A stretch of 64,000 nt of DNA from Eledone cirrhosa (taxonomy: Eukaryota). The stretch's first letter is position 1. Every line of letters starts with the position of its first letter. A program made the translations under genes and the position numbers. The notes below the pieces were generated by a model that was not told the DNA's origin, ran no database searches, and was given only the letters and a program-made list of their open reading frames with translations. Location: NCBI GenBank assembly GCA_964016885.1, contig OZ024749.1, forward strand, positions 16,244,001-16,308,000. The letters run 5' to 3'. Below, piece by piece: positions 12,710 through 25,365 of the stretch.

Positions 12710-13360
12710 AACACATACATACATACACATTCATACACTGACACACACGCATACATACACACACATATACTGACGCACACACGTATACATACACATACAT
12801 ACACTGACATACATACACACAACACATATAGACACACACATACAGACAAGCTTACACAGACACACATAGACACACATAGACATACACAGACATACACAGA
12901 CATACATAGACATACATAGACATACATATACGGACACTGACATACAAACACACAGGCACACACACATATAAACACATATAGACATTCCCACACACCCACC
13001 CACACACACACATAAGACAATCTTACACAGACATACACGGACATACACAGACATACACAGACACACATAGACATACACAGACATACACAGACATACACAG
13101 ACACACATAGACATACATAGACATACACAGACATACACAGACATACATAGACATACATAGACATACACAGACATACATAGACATACACAGACATACACAG
13201 ACATACATTGACATACATAGACATACACAGACATACACAGACATACATAGACATACACAGACATACATATACGGACACTGGCATACAAACACAGGCACAC
13301 ACTCAGAGACAGACACACACACAGTTACACACACACACAGTTACACACACACACACACTC
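12710..13360. repeat. CA-rich tract with 10-bp ACATACACAG repeat
   Basis: The 10-bp period is visible at 13025-13265. Confidence 0.9.
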
Positions 13361-13544
13361 AACATTCACTAATTAAGGAACACACGTCAATTAGTTCAAT
13401 TACCTAACGCCATCTAGTGGCAATTGTTCTCTGTCTATCACTACATAGTGATGGTAGTGGTGGTGGTAGTGGTGGTAGTGTCTGTTGTGGTGTAGTGGTG
13501 GTGGCGGTGGTGGCTGCAGTAGTGGTTGTTGTTGTTGTGGTGGT

Positions 13545-14150
13545 GGTGGTGACTGTTGTGGTGGCTGTAGTAGAGGTAGTGGTGACGGTGGGGGCTGTAG
13601 TAGAGGTAGTGGTGGCGGTTGTGGCTGTAGTAGAGGTAGTGGTGACTGTTGTGGCTGTAGTAGAGGTAGTGGTGACGGTGGTGGCTGTAGTAGAGATAGT
13701 GGTGGCGGTGGTGGCTGTAGTAGAGGTAGTGGTGGCGGTGGTGACTGTAGTAGAGGTAGTGGTGACTGTTGTGGTGGCTGTAGTAGAGGTAGTGGTGGCG
13801 GTGGTGGCTGTAGTAGAGGTAGTGGTGGCGGTGGTGGCTGTAGTAGAGGTAGTGGTGGCGGTGGTGGCTGCAGTAGAGGTAGTGGTGACTGTTGTGGTGG
13901 CTGTAGTAGAGGTAGTGGTGGCGGTGGTGGCTGTAGTAGAGGTAGTGGTGGCGGTGGTGGCTGTAGTAGAGGTAGTGGTGGCGGTGGTGGCTGCAGTAGA
14001 GGTAGTGGTGACTGTTGTGGCTGTAGTAGAGGTAGTGGTGGCGGTGGTGGCTGTAGTAGAGGTAGTGGTGACGGTGGTGGCTGTAGTAGAGGTAGTGGTG
14101 GCGGTGGTGGCTGTAGTAGAGGTAGTGGTGACTGTTGTGGTGGTGACTGT
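13545..14150. repeat. 30/33-bp minisatellite GTGGTGGCTGTAGTAGAGGTAGTGGTGGCG
   Basis: About 19 near-identical units. Confidence 0.9.
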
Positions 14151-14901
14151 TGATTGTGGTGGTGGTGGTAGTGATTGTGGTGGCGGCGGCGGTGGTGGTG
14201 GTGGTGATGGTGGCTGCGGCGTTGATGGCGGGTGGTGGTTTTGGTGGCGGCAGAGGGGGAGGTCATGGCGATGTTGTTGAAAGTGTGGGATGGGTGGGTG
14301 GGGTGGGTGGTAGTGAGGGAGGGGGAGGGTGTCAGAGACGGTGGTGATTGTGGTGGTATCATTGGTAATGAAACACTGGTTGTGTTTCACTCTCTCTAAT
14401 GACAACCACGTGATTAATGGATGGTATGGCGACCACTTATCGAAAGATGAGATGACCTCCTCTGACCTCTCACCCACTTTATCCGGTGCCAAAAGCTACT
14501 CCCAGTAAATTCAACATAACACCTTGGTCAAAGCCAGACGACGGCTTTCACGTGATCTTCCTCTAGCCGTGCCAATGTCACGTGATACTCTTGTCCATTG
14601 ATCTTTTCTTTACTGACCAATTAAACACCCCAAACCAATTAGACAATTAATTGAACAGAGTAGAATCTTAGTAATATTGTAGACACACACATACATACAT
14701 CTACACACACGTACTTACAATCATACACACACACACACGTACATACATGCATATACATACACGCATAGATACACACACGTGCGTGCGCACACATTCTTAC
14801 ACACACAGATATACACACATACACACACATACATACATTTATACATACATACATACATACATACATACATACATACATACATAGATACATACATACATAC
14901 A

Positions 14902-14933
<32 letters not shown>

Positions 14934-14957
14934 CATACATATACATACATATACATA

Positions 14958-15350
14958 ATATGAAAGAGTACTGTTCCAGTAAAAACCCCAATAAAATGCA
15001 GGCACAACAGACCAGATATTATGATATGGGACAGGGAGAAGAAAGCATGCACAGTAGTGGAAATTAGCCGCCCAGCAGATGCCAATATAATATCAAAGAT
15101 TAGCGAAAAGGAGAATATTTATGCAGAACTGATGAGAAATCTACCGATACCCCACCCTGATTACACCTTCAGATTTATGCCTGTGATTATTGGGGCACTG
15201 GGGTATGTTAGTAACTGCCTCAATACAAATCTTGAGAAGCTGGGCTTCACAGGAACAGAAAGAACACAACTAGTTAGGAAATTACAAGTACAATCCATTA
15301 ATGGAACAGTAAAAGTTTGTAAAACATTCCAAAAATTTTGCATCTAATAA
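14958..15350 (+). mobile_element. 3' fragment of an RLE-type (R4/Dong-like) non-LTR element
   Basis: KCRHNRPDIMIWDREKKACTVVEISRP..KENIY..PVIIGALG..KVCKTF, a PD-(D/E)xK RLE domain paralogous to 18615-19127. Preceded by (CATA)n. Confidence 0.85.
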
Positions 15351-15602
15351 CTGCATATACACATGTACAGATACTAAGCATATACACATGCACACATACA
15401 ACTCAAACATACACATCCACACATACAATAACATCCATATATACACATGCATGCATGCAGACGTGCAGACATATCTACCTAGTTGATATTGTGTAAATTC
15501 CAATGAGAGAGTCTTGTATCTATGTTAGAAACCGACTCTCTCTCTATTGGGAAAAAAATTTGTGAAATTATAAAACCAGAACACATATATATATATACAT
15601 AC

Positions 15603-16200
15603 ATGGTGGCTGCCAACTCGTTTTCGAGTACGGCCACTACTTTATATCCATGTAGGAGAACCCCTACCGGTGCGCTGAACGAGTGTGGATTTTTAGTCCA
15701 GCCAGTGACTTGAAAACTCTGGTACAAACACTACACTTGTGACAATTATTGACACATAGTGCTGGGCCCATGGTACCATGTGACGACAAGAGCAGAGAGA
15801 TCTCCAGATATAAAGCAATGCCTGTGCCGTGAAGCTTTTATAGTGAGCAAAGGCACTGCACAAAGCCAGTCCCACTCTCTTAACCAAGATGATATTTACC
15901 AAAAAGAAGAACAAGTCAACATCATTGGATACCATCAGGGTTGCTGGTGTTATATCAGAGTTTTCCTTCTCCTAGAATTCTGCCTTGACAAAGGCTAAGA
16001 GGTCATCTCTCCTGGTGATTTTGGATGGCCATTGACTCTCAAGATCTTTGACAGGTTTTGTTTTTAGTCCTGCAGGATGTCCAAAGTCACCCTCCTCACC
16101 AAGAAACCTTGGTGGGGTTGCCAGTTTAGTCACCAACGACCCGACCATGGGACAGGTTGTACTGGGATACATGTTACCAGTAGCACCAACTGGTGACCTG
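15603..16200 (-). mobile_element. RTE-related non-autonomous element, copy 1
   Basis: Minus strand contains the RTE-type 5' motif CTAGGAGAAGGAAAACTCTG. Its 3' end GTGGCCGTACTCGAAAACGAGTTGGCAGCCACCATG-tatg resembles the RTE end at 19243-19284. Second copy at 27813-28201. Confidence 0.7.
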
Positions 16201-16300
16201 ACATATACATACATACATACATACATACATACATACATACATACATACATACATACATACATACATACATACATACATACATACATACATACATACATAC

Positions 16301-19208
16301 ATTGCTATCATATAACACACATTGCTAGCATATAACACACATCTAAAACCACGCAATCAAGATACAAACAGAAAGCCTGAACCAGCGTGGATCGAAATTT
16401 AAAAAGCAAAATTTTGTCCCTGAGACGAAGTATCTCACACATCGCAGTCGTTATGAAATGCAACATAGAGAGCAACTTCACACGACACCAGGAAGACCTA
16501 AAAAAAAGTTAGAGAGACGATTTGGAGATACAAAATTTAAAACTTTGAACTCCAAATTACACCAGTTGAAACAACAACTCACAGCTACAACAGAAAGACT
16601 AAAATATAAGTCAACAGCACATAAACGACAAGTGCTAAACAGATTGTTTGCCAGAGATCCTAAATCAGTTTATCGCAGCTTCGGTGGCAAAAGCTCAATC
16701 CCTGTAAATGACACCCCTTCAAAAGAACAGGTTGAGAGCTACTGGAGATCTGTATGGGAAACGGATGACGGATTCAACAGACAAACTAATTGGCTAAAAG
16801 AACTGGAACAGGACTACTGCCAACATGTCCAGACAAAACAATATGACATAGATGGGTCAATACTGAAAACAGCTCTACAGAAAATGTCGAATAGGAAATC
16901 GCCAGGCCCAGACCTCATTACAGGATACTGGTTGAAGAATTTCACTTTCTATCGGCAAGATCTCATACGGCTGTTTACAGAAACCATTAAAGGCACACAA
17001 GAACTGCCCAGATGGTTATCAACTGCCACTGCTCTCCTCATTCACCAAAATAGCCAAACCACCCTTGCTAAAAGTTACCGCCCAATAGCCTGCCAAAACA
17101 TCATGTATAAATTATATACTGGGTGCCTTAACCTGTTCTTACAGGATCACTGTGCTACCAACAACATCATAACACCTGAGCAAGCTGGTGGAAAGAGGGA
17201 GGTGTGGGGTTGCATAGATCACCTACTAACTAACAAAATGATTCAGGAAAAAACAACAAAGAATCGCAGAAACATGACTGTGGTGTGGCTTGACTATCAA
17301 AAAGCATTTGATAGTGTACCTCATGGGTGGATTATTAAGGCTTTACAGTTAGCTAAAGTCCCACAACCATTGGTAGCTGCTGTTGAACGCCTGACCAAGA
17401 ACTGGTACACCAATTTGATCCTTAGAGGTGAGAAGGAGCAAGTTAAGACTGATAAGATACATTACCAGAAGGGCATCTTTCAGGGTGATAGCTTGTCAGT
17501 GCTACTCTTCGTTCTCTCACTGAATTCACTCTCTTACCTACTCAGGAAACAAGGTGGACAAAGAAGTGGGTCCAGAAGTATCTCCCATCTTTTCTTTGTT
17601 GATGACCTGAAGTTGTATGGGCCAAATATCAATTACATCAAGAAACAATTGGACCCCATTACACAATTTTCAACCGACATTAAAATGAAATTTGGTGAGT
17701 CCAAGTGTGCATATTTGGCAATAAAACGTGGAAGAGCTGTGCCCTCCTCTAGAAATCTAGAGATGAACGGCCTGACAATACAACCTCTACAGTCAGGTGA
17801 CAACTACAGATATCTTGGACAGGATGAGAATGTCAGATATGATGGACCCATAAATAAGGAGAGAACCAGAACTGAATACCTCAGAAGAGTAAAGAAAATA
17901 TGGTTATCAGAACTGTCAGCGTACAACAAATACATTGCCCACAATACTTATGCTGTGCCAATTCTAACGCCAACATTTGGCCTGCTGAACTGGTCATTGC
18001 AAGAACTAAGTGAGATGGATGTTAGAACTCGCAAACTTCTCAGTATTACTGGGAACTTTAACATCAATGGTGATGTGGATAGGCTATACTTCTCACGCAA
18101 GGAAGGTGGCCGGGGTCTAAAATCAATATTGACAACATATGAGACCCGGATCGTAACACTGAAGCAACACCTTCAACAGAGGAAAAAGGTTGGCAACCAT
18201 CTTGACCAGGTTTATGAGCATGAAAAAAAAAATATCATTAGAATAGCGACTGATCTAGAGGAGAGATATGGAATAAAGCCTGATATAAATCTCTCACCCA
18301 GAGAAATCGGAAGATCCTATTCAATGTTCAAACAAGAAAAAAAAATTGACCAATTTACAGAAAAAGTTGTGCATGGATACTTGAGACGTAAAACACAGAC
18401 CATAGAGGGGATAAACCACTCAAAAAGCCTGGCATGGAGTTCCGACAAGTTTATGACATCACACCTTGAGGGATATCTCTATGCAATACAGGAACAAGAA
18501 CTCCCTACCAAATATCTGCTGCACAAAAGAGGAGGGCCAGCAGCTGACAATAAATGTAGGCTATGTAAAACAAAGATCGAGGATGTAAGCCAGATTGTTG
18601 CCAGCTGCGAATGAATGTCATCTCACTACTACCTCCCCATGAGACACGATGGGATAGCTAGAACCATCTGGAACGCACTTCGGAAAACAAAATTAACAAC
18701 AAACGAGGAAGAATATATTGAGACAGATGGCACTAAGGAATACTGGTGGAACCTGAAAATAAAAACTGCCACCAAATTAAAGCACAACCGACCTGATATT
18801 GTTGTTTGGGACCACATATTGAAAACGTGTTCTGTTGTGGAGATCAGCTGCCCACTTGATGTAAACGTTGTCAGACAAATACAGGAGAAGGAGGACATCT
18901 ACAGACCATTGATGAGGAGTTTACAAATCCAGTATCCAAGATACACCTTTAGCTTCATACACATCATTATTGGAGCTACGGGTTATATACCAACCCGCTT
19001 GGACCAAAGTATGACTGAACTTGGATTTGCGGACAAAAAGCGCAGCTCCCTAATTCATAGTCTACAAATGGCTGCGATAGCTGGTACCTTCAAAATTTGC
19101 AAAACATTCTTGCGATTCAAGGGATGACAATTTCTTTTCTTTTACAACCTTGCCACCAGGAAGGTGGCCGGTCAAAAAAAATATACTCGAAATTAAGAGA
19201 AAGAGATA
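16301..19208 (+). mobile_element. 5'-truncated R4/Dong-like non-LTR retrotransposon (RT + CCHC + RLE)
   Basis: Flanked on both sides by (CATA)n (16201-16300, 19209-19243). Short 3' UTR with a GCCACC-aggaa-GGTGGC hairpin. Confidence 0.88.
16458..19127 (+). pseudogene. Reverse transcriptase / restriction-like endonuclease ORF with one in-frame TGA at 18612-18614
   Basis: KSPGPD, YRPIAC, WLDYQKAFDSVPH, GIFQGDSLS, FFVDDLK, YRYLG, RLYFSRKEGGRGL, CRLC..EDVSQIVASC, RHD, RPDIVVWD..VVEISCP. Confidence 0.92.
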
Positions 19209-19242
19209 ACATACATACATACATGCATACATACATACATAC

Positions 19243-19284
19243 ATGATGGCTGCCCCCTCGTTATCGAGTATGGCCATTGCACGA
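19243..19284 (-). mobile_element. 3' terminus of an RTE LINE with (TATG)n tail
   Basis: Reverse complement TCGTGCAATGGCCATACTCGATAACGAGGGGGCAGCCATCATG followed by (TATG)n. Similar to the 3' ends at 15603 and 27813. Confidence 0.6.
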
Positions 19285-19359
19285 GAAAAAAAAATAATAA
19301 TAATAAATAAATAAAAAAAAAAATAATAAATTTAAAAAAATAAAATAAAATAAAAATAA

Positions 19360-19390
<31 letters not shown>

Positions 19391-19700
19391 TACATACATA
19401 CACACATATATATACATACACACATACATTAATAACAATAATAATAATGATTTCATTTATTGGCCACAAGGGCCGACATATAGGGGACAACACAATAGAC
19501 AGGGACAGTGGGGGTTTACATAGAGATCGAGTAAGTATAAATAACAAAAAACAAAATAACAATAAAAATACAACAATGAAAGTTCCCCAATAAGAGGGAT
19601 CACCACCCAGGGTTGACTCAAGCACCCCACCAGTCCTGAGCCACCCGACGCTCCTAGGGCACCCGGGAAGGGCACCCCTCTCCTTCTCGAATTCACCAGC

Positions 19701-22700
19701 CTACAGGCGCATGATCAGAGTAGGCCCACTCACGCGGGCCATTCTCGCCACATTCACCCACCTTTCAGTAAATGTACTGGGGGGCAGCACTTCTCTCTCC
19801 ACCCTCACCTTCCTTTCCAAGTGAAACTTGAAGAAGTTGATGAGGGATTGGCCGAAGAGAAAAGTGTCTGTCTTCAGTCCTTTCAACCTGGTCCACCATG
19901 CAACCTCTTTCGCTACTGCCACCAGGCAGAGGAAAATTGCCTGCCCTTCCTGACCAAAAGAAGGCGGCGGGTCAATCTTCACTATGGACTCGGACGATAG
20001 CCGGATCCGTTCTACACGCGACAATAGCTGTTCGACATAACCCCACAAGTCAGCAATGCACGGACACTGGACGAGTGCGTGCAGAACGGTTTCGTCGCTC
20101 TGCGCGCATCTCGGGCAGGTTCGTCTGACAGCACTTCCGTGCCTGTAGAGTTTATCCCGAACCGGCAGCGCCCCCCGGTAGCACTGCCAAGCGAGGGATT
20201 TCTGGAAGTTATCCATCGTCCCCGGCTCGAAAGTCCTCCGGAACATACTGGTCAGTTCTACTTCGTTGACGCCCAGAGCCTCTCCTAGTACGTCATCGCA
20301 CTTGCCCTCCACTAATCCTCTATAGAAATCTTGAGTGGAAGTTCCACTGACCGCATTGCCCACCTTGCAGAGTGCAGTGAGCGCCTGGCAACATTCCAGA
20401 TGCCAGTCGCCCAGTCTCGGTCTCTTCTTGACCCAGGGCTGCAGCTCAGTCAAAGAGATGAGCTGCGGAAAGGCCCGTCTAACAAACGGCGACCACACCT
20501 GTTCACCGTTTAGGCAAAATATCTGGAGATGTCGCAGCCTCAGCGCATGTCTGCGCATCATTAGCCACGGCATGCCCAGCCCTCCACGAAGAGGGTGCTG
20601 GCAGCAGATGGACCGCCTCACCAACGGGACCCGTCCCCTCCACAAAAATTTGAAAAGGAGCCGTTCCAAATTGGCGAGGCGTGGACGGGGGCAAGGCACG
20701 ACGGTCAGGTGGTAGTAGATGACGGACGCGATGTACGCGTTCGCCACCTCCGCCCGCCCTTTCAGTGATAGCTTTCTCTCAGCCCATTTCTGGGTGAGGT
20801 TGGCTATCCTGCTCGTCACAATTCTTATCCACCTGGAGGTCTGGTCCGAACCAAACCCCGAGCAACTTTACCGGTCCGTCTGTCCAGCGCCCAACGACGC
20901 TGTTGGACGGCATGGACTTGCCTCTCCAGGTGCCGAGCTGCAAGCCCACCGACTTTTCCGGGTTAAGTTTTGCTCCCGTCAACCTTTCATATTCCTCCAA
21001 ATGGGTGCGGATCACCTCGATTTCCGAGGTGTCCGACACCATCACGGTGATGTCGTCCGCATAAGCGGACGCAGCCTTTCTACGTCCCGGTTCGAGCGGG
21101 ATGCCCTGCAACAACTCCAGCTTCCGCAGTAGAGGCTCAAGAGTCAATACGTACAGAAGTGAGGAGAGAGGGCACCCTTGACGGACCGATCGAGAGATCT
21201 GAAACGGTTCCGAGAGGTGGCCATTAACTTTGACCACCGAGCAGATGCCGCTGTACATTGCAGCGATCCAGCTTCTGAAGACGGGGCCGAAGCCAGCCGC
21301 CTCGAGGACAGCCTCCAAGTACCGATGGTCGACCCTATCGAATGCTTTCGATTGATCTAAATTGATCAGAGCCCCACCGAAGCCAGGTTTGCACCCAACC
21401 CTCTCTATGATGTATCGCATGAGGTGGAGGTTGTCGTGTATGGACCTGGTCGGGATTGCGCAAGTTTGCGCCTCCCCAACCAAATCTTTGACGACAAGCG
21501 CCAACCTTTTCGCTAACACCTTGGCCAAAATCTTAAACTCTGTGTTGAGCAGGGTTATGGGCCTGAAATTATCTAGTGTGTCCCTCTTGTTCTCGTCTTT
21601 CCTTATCAGCGTCACTACGCCACGGCTCACAGAACTGGGAATGCTCCCGTTCTGCTGCCAGTTGCAGTAGAGCGCTTCGAGGAGATCGGAGAACAAGTCT
21701 GGCATATTTACGTAAAGCTCGTAGGGCAGACCATCCAAACCGGGTGACTTGCGACTCGAGCAGCCGACAAGGGCGTCCTGAATTTCGACTGATGTTATCG
21801 GCTCTTCGCAGCGCTCAGCGTCGGCCGTCGAGAGGCGTGGCAAGCCGTCGAGGTAGGGACTGAAGTCCGCCGCCGTCTCCGACTCACCCATCCTCCCGAA
21901 CAATCGAGCAAAGTGCTGGCGAAAGGCCTCACACATCTGCTTGGAATCGCTCAGTTCGTGTCCATCTCGATCCGTCAAAGACCGAATTGTGGTTTTATTT
22001 CCATGCTGCGTCTCTGCAAAGCGAGCCCATCGGGCAGCTTTGGTTCCCTCGTTCCTCAGAGCACGCGCCTTAGCTCTGACAATGCAACCTTCGTGTTTCG
22101 CATTGAAGAAATGGTCTAGTGCCATTCTCGCCGCTAGCACGTCTGTTGCAATGCCACTACAAATAGCCTCGTCTAACTTAGCTATCAGCCCCTCCTCCTT
22201 TCTATTTTTCTCTATTGCTACTTCTTTGCTAAATCCTATCGAGGTTGCTCTAATCTCTCTTTTGAGTGCCCCCCACCACCTGTTGTTGACAACCCCCCCT
22301 GTCAACTTTTGCTTAACTAAGTTGTTGACCCGGTCCCTGTAAGCTTTACGTGCCGGAAACGACATGTTTAGCTTCCAGTAGCTAGGTCCTAACCTACGTG
22401 TCTTATCTAGGTCGACCATACAGATCACAAGCTTGTGATCTGAATAGGCAACCGTTTTAAAATGTGGACATCCTACACTATTTCTATCTCTTTTCCTAAT
22501 GAAAATCCTATCTATGTACGATCTAGATGACCCTATGCGATTGGTCCAGGTCCATACTGGCGCATTAGGGAAATCTAGTCGGTACCTGTCAGACAGTTGA
22601 AACTGGCTGATCAGGTACTTGAGGCTTTTGCACCCCCCGCTCCTATCAGATACTCCCACACAATCCCAGCGTGCTTCTAAGATGCCATTCCAATCCCCTA

Positions 22701-23112
22701 TTAACAGTAAAGGGCGAGACGTAAGCAGAAAGTTTTCCAGGCGCCTAAAGAAGTCCGGCCGACCGGCCCCAGTAGGGGCGTAGGCGGCCACCAGTCTAAA
22801 GGCACCACCTTAGCTATTGCTCACGTCCAGGACCACCAACTTTCCGTCAGGATCCCGGAAGATTGACCTTACCTCGAGATCCAGATATTTCCTAAACAGC
22901 ACAGCCACTCCACCTCCCATTCCCGGCCGACTCACAGATGCAAAGATCTGATAATCGTCGAAAATCGGCGCCAGTGCGCGTGTGTCGGAAATTCTGGTCT
23001 CGCTGATGGCAATTACATCCATTCCTAGTGACCTGAGGTCGTTGAGCAAGTGACCTTGCTTCCAGGGCGACCCCAGGCCACGAACATTTAAACTTCCTAC
23101 TCTTATGGCCAT
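19701..23112 (-). pseudogene. ORF2: APE endonuclease + RT + C-terminal zinc finger, disrupted
   Basis: SLNVRGL, ISET, IGDWNG, WTW..SYIDRIF, SDHKLV; KSPGLDG, FRPITLLN, LDQSKAFDRV, SVRQGCPLS, YADD; CPRC...ETVLHALVQC. In-frame stop at 22810-22812 and a frameshift near 20820. Confidence 0.93.
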
Positions 23113-23141
23113 GCTGGCAGGATGAATGGGAGAGGAAAGGT

Positions 23142-25051
23142 TTACTTACCTTCCAGGGTCTTGTGAAGGTCGGGTGGTTCGACCTCCATGGTTTGTGGGG
23201 TTTCTTTTGGGAACCCTTTTAATAGTCTTGACGTGGGTTTTACGTTCGGGGTTCCCACATCCCGAGGAAAGCTCTTTCGAATTTCTTTGTATGAAGCGAG
23301 CGACATTCGCATCAGAAGCAAATTATCTGGTACGCGAAATGTGCTCGCTTCAAATGTTTCCCCGTCTTTTTCGATGTTTGTGCTTCGTGCTACATGGGCC
23401 ATCAATTCCTTGTTGGCCCTTCTGGCAAGCACGAAGTTTTTAATGTTTTGTTGCTCGGGTTTTATTTGTTCGTGTGATTGTGGTGGTGATAGCTTTGTTA
23501 GTGTTGTTTCTATTGTGTCTGCGTTTGTTGTGGGTGGGGTGTCTGTAGTTTCTGATGTTTGTGTGTCTATTTGTTCTTGTGTCCGTTTAGCTTGTTTGCG
23601 TTTGGGGGATTTTGGTGGTTGTGTTGGTGATGCTGTGGGGAAAATGTTTGTGTGGGTGGTGTGTGTATTTTTTTTGTGGGGGTGTTTGTGCTTTGTGGAT
23701 TTCTTTTTTTTTTGTGTTTTGTTTTTTGTATTTTGGGGGACTTTGGTTTTCCCTCATCTTCACTGCTGGAGGATGAGGGGTCTGTGGCTGTGAGCGTGTT
23801 TGTGTCTGAGTGAGTGTTTATGTTCTTGTTCGTGTGTGTATTTTGGGGGGGAGGGGGAATGGGAGAGCTTTCCTCGTTTCCCCCCTGGGTGTGCAATTTT
23901 GGTGGTTCCATTGTTGACGGTGTTGCTGGTGGTCCTTGTCCCGGCGTCGCCAGCAGTGGAATCTTTCGACCCCTTGCGCTTTTCGGCAGTTGAGGGCAGA
24001 AGGCTCGCAAGTGTGTCGTTTCCCCACAAAGGAAACAATGCGGCCTTTTGCCCTCAGTCATTATATGCAACACCCTCCCGTTTTGGAGGCGGATGTGGTC
24101 CGGGATTGCTTTTACGTTTTCGGGTCTGATTTGGAGCAGTATCTCCAGATCAACCCCGGACCAGTCGTCCCTGGCAGTTCTCGTTGCCTCTACCGGGACT
24201 GTATCCGTTCCTTCCACGATTACGCAACCCAGGAGCCACCACATATCAAGTCCTGGTGGAATCCTGGGAATGCGCACACGTGCTATTCGTTTTCCCATGT
24301 GGGAGGGGTACATTATAACCTTGCTGGTTTTGCAAGGGGTCATTGAATGCTTCACAGCGAGGGCTTCAGACTTGAACAGCACCGAAACGGTGCCGTATTG
24401 CCTGCCCCTCTCTATGAAGTCTGTGTCCTCTCTGATGTATTTCAGTGCGGCTTCTATATCAGCTTGGGCGATTATCGCTGCCCTCTTTGTCTCTACTGAG
24501 ATGCATCTGAAATGCACCGTTCTTTTTTCCACTGCCTCAATGGCTTCTGCCGGGACAGTTAAGTTTGCCCAGGTCTGCTCTTGATTTATGATTTTCCAGG
24601 CCTGGGCCAACTTTTCCTCTCTGTTGGTTAAGTCGATGCTGTAGCATGGTCTCCTTTTAGCCGCTGCCACAGCAGCGAAGGTGTTCTTGTTGGTGTTGTC
24701 ACTGTTGTTGTTCTTGTTGGTGTTGCTGCTGCTATTGCTGTTGTTGTTCTCCCCTGTATCGTGGTTACCCTCTGTGCTGTTGGCCTTGTTGGTGCTGTTG
24801 CTGTCGCTACTATTACTCTCTGTGCTGTTCGTTTTGTTGGTGCTCTCGCTATTACCACCTTCTGCGCTGTTCGGCTTGTTGGTGTTGGTGTTGTCGCTGT
24901 TACCACCTTCCGCGCCGCTCGACCCGTTGATGCTGGCACTGTCGCTGCTCACATTCGTGCTGGTGGCGCTCCTCGCCTCACCTCTCCTCTCAACGCTCAA
25001 GTCGCCGTTGCACGACAGCAGACCCGCCTCTAGGGGGCGTGGCTCCGCCAT
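23142..25051 (-). pseudogene. ORF1 (gag-like, CCHC knuckle), frameshifted
   Basis: ATG at 25051; CFLCGETTHLRAFC fits CX2CX4HX4C; N/S/T-rich N-terminus. The frame is lost around the homopolymer-rich 23570-23900 region and resumes to 23142. Confidence 0.8.
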
Positions 25052-25365
25052 GTTTTTTTGAGAAAAAAATTATTATTTTTTTTCAAAATAAAGTTCAAAT
25101 ATTTGGGCCAAAAGGCCCAAATATTATGAGTTATTCCTTCACAGGATACAAATTAATGTCTTATAATGCTTCAGCGGTACAAAAAATAAATAATTCTCTA
25201 CAATTAATCCTCAAAAAATTGCTTACTCACGGAGCTTCAAAAAAACGTACATCCACTTTCGTCAATAATAATAATAACGACGACAACAACAACAATAATA
25301 ATATACATATACATATATATATATACACACACACGCGCACACATAAACATATCTATACACACACA

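Larger units (their letters stand above)
19449..25263 (-). mobile_element. Full-length L1/Tx1-clade LINE, about 5.8 kb
   Basis: 5' UTR, ORF1, ORF2 and a 3' UTR with AATAAA just before the end. Flanked by AATAATAATAAT at 19437-19448 and 25264-25275 (low-complexity TSD). Confidence 0.9.

Noticed and set aside
16060-16200. Canonical HDV-like ribozyme at the RTE-derived 5' end
   Set aside because: P1-, P2- and P4-like helices can be drawn, but L3/P1.1 and the catalytic C-N-A-A junction do not match; kept only as an unexplained structure.
19898-25061. Plus-strand ORFs overlapping the Tx1 element
   Set aside because: Antisense shadows of GC-rich LINE coding sequence.
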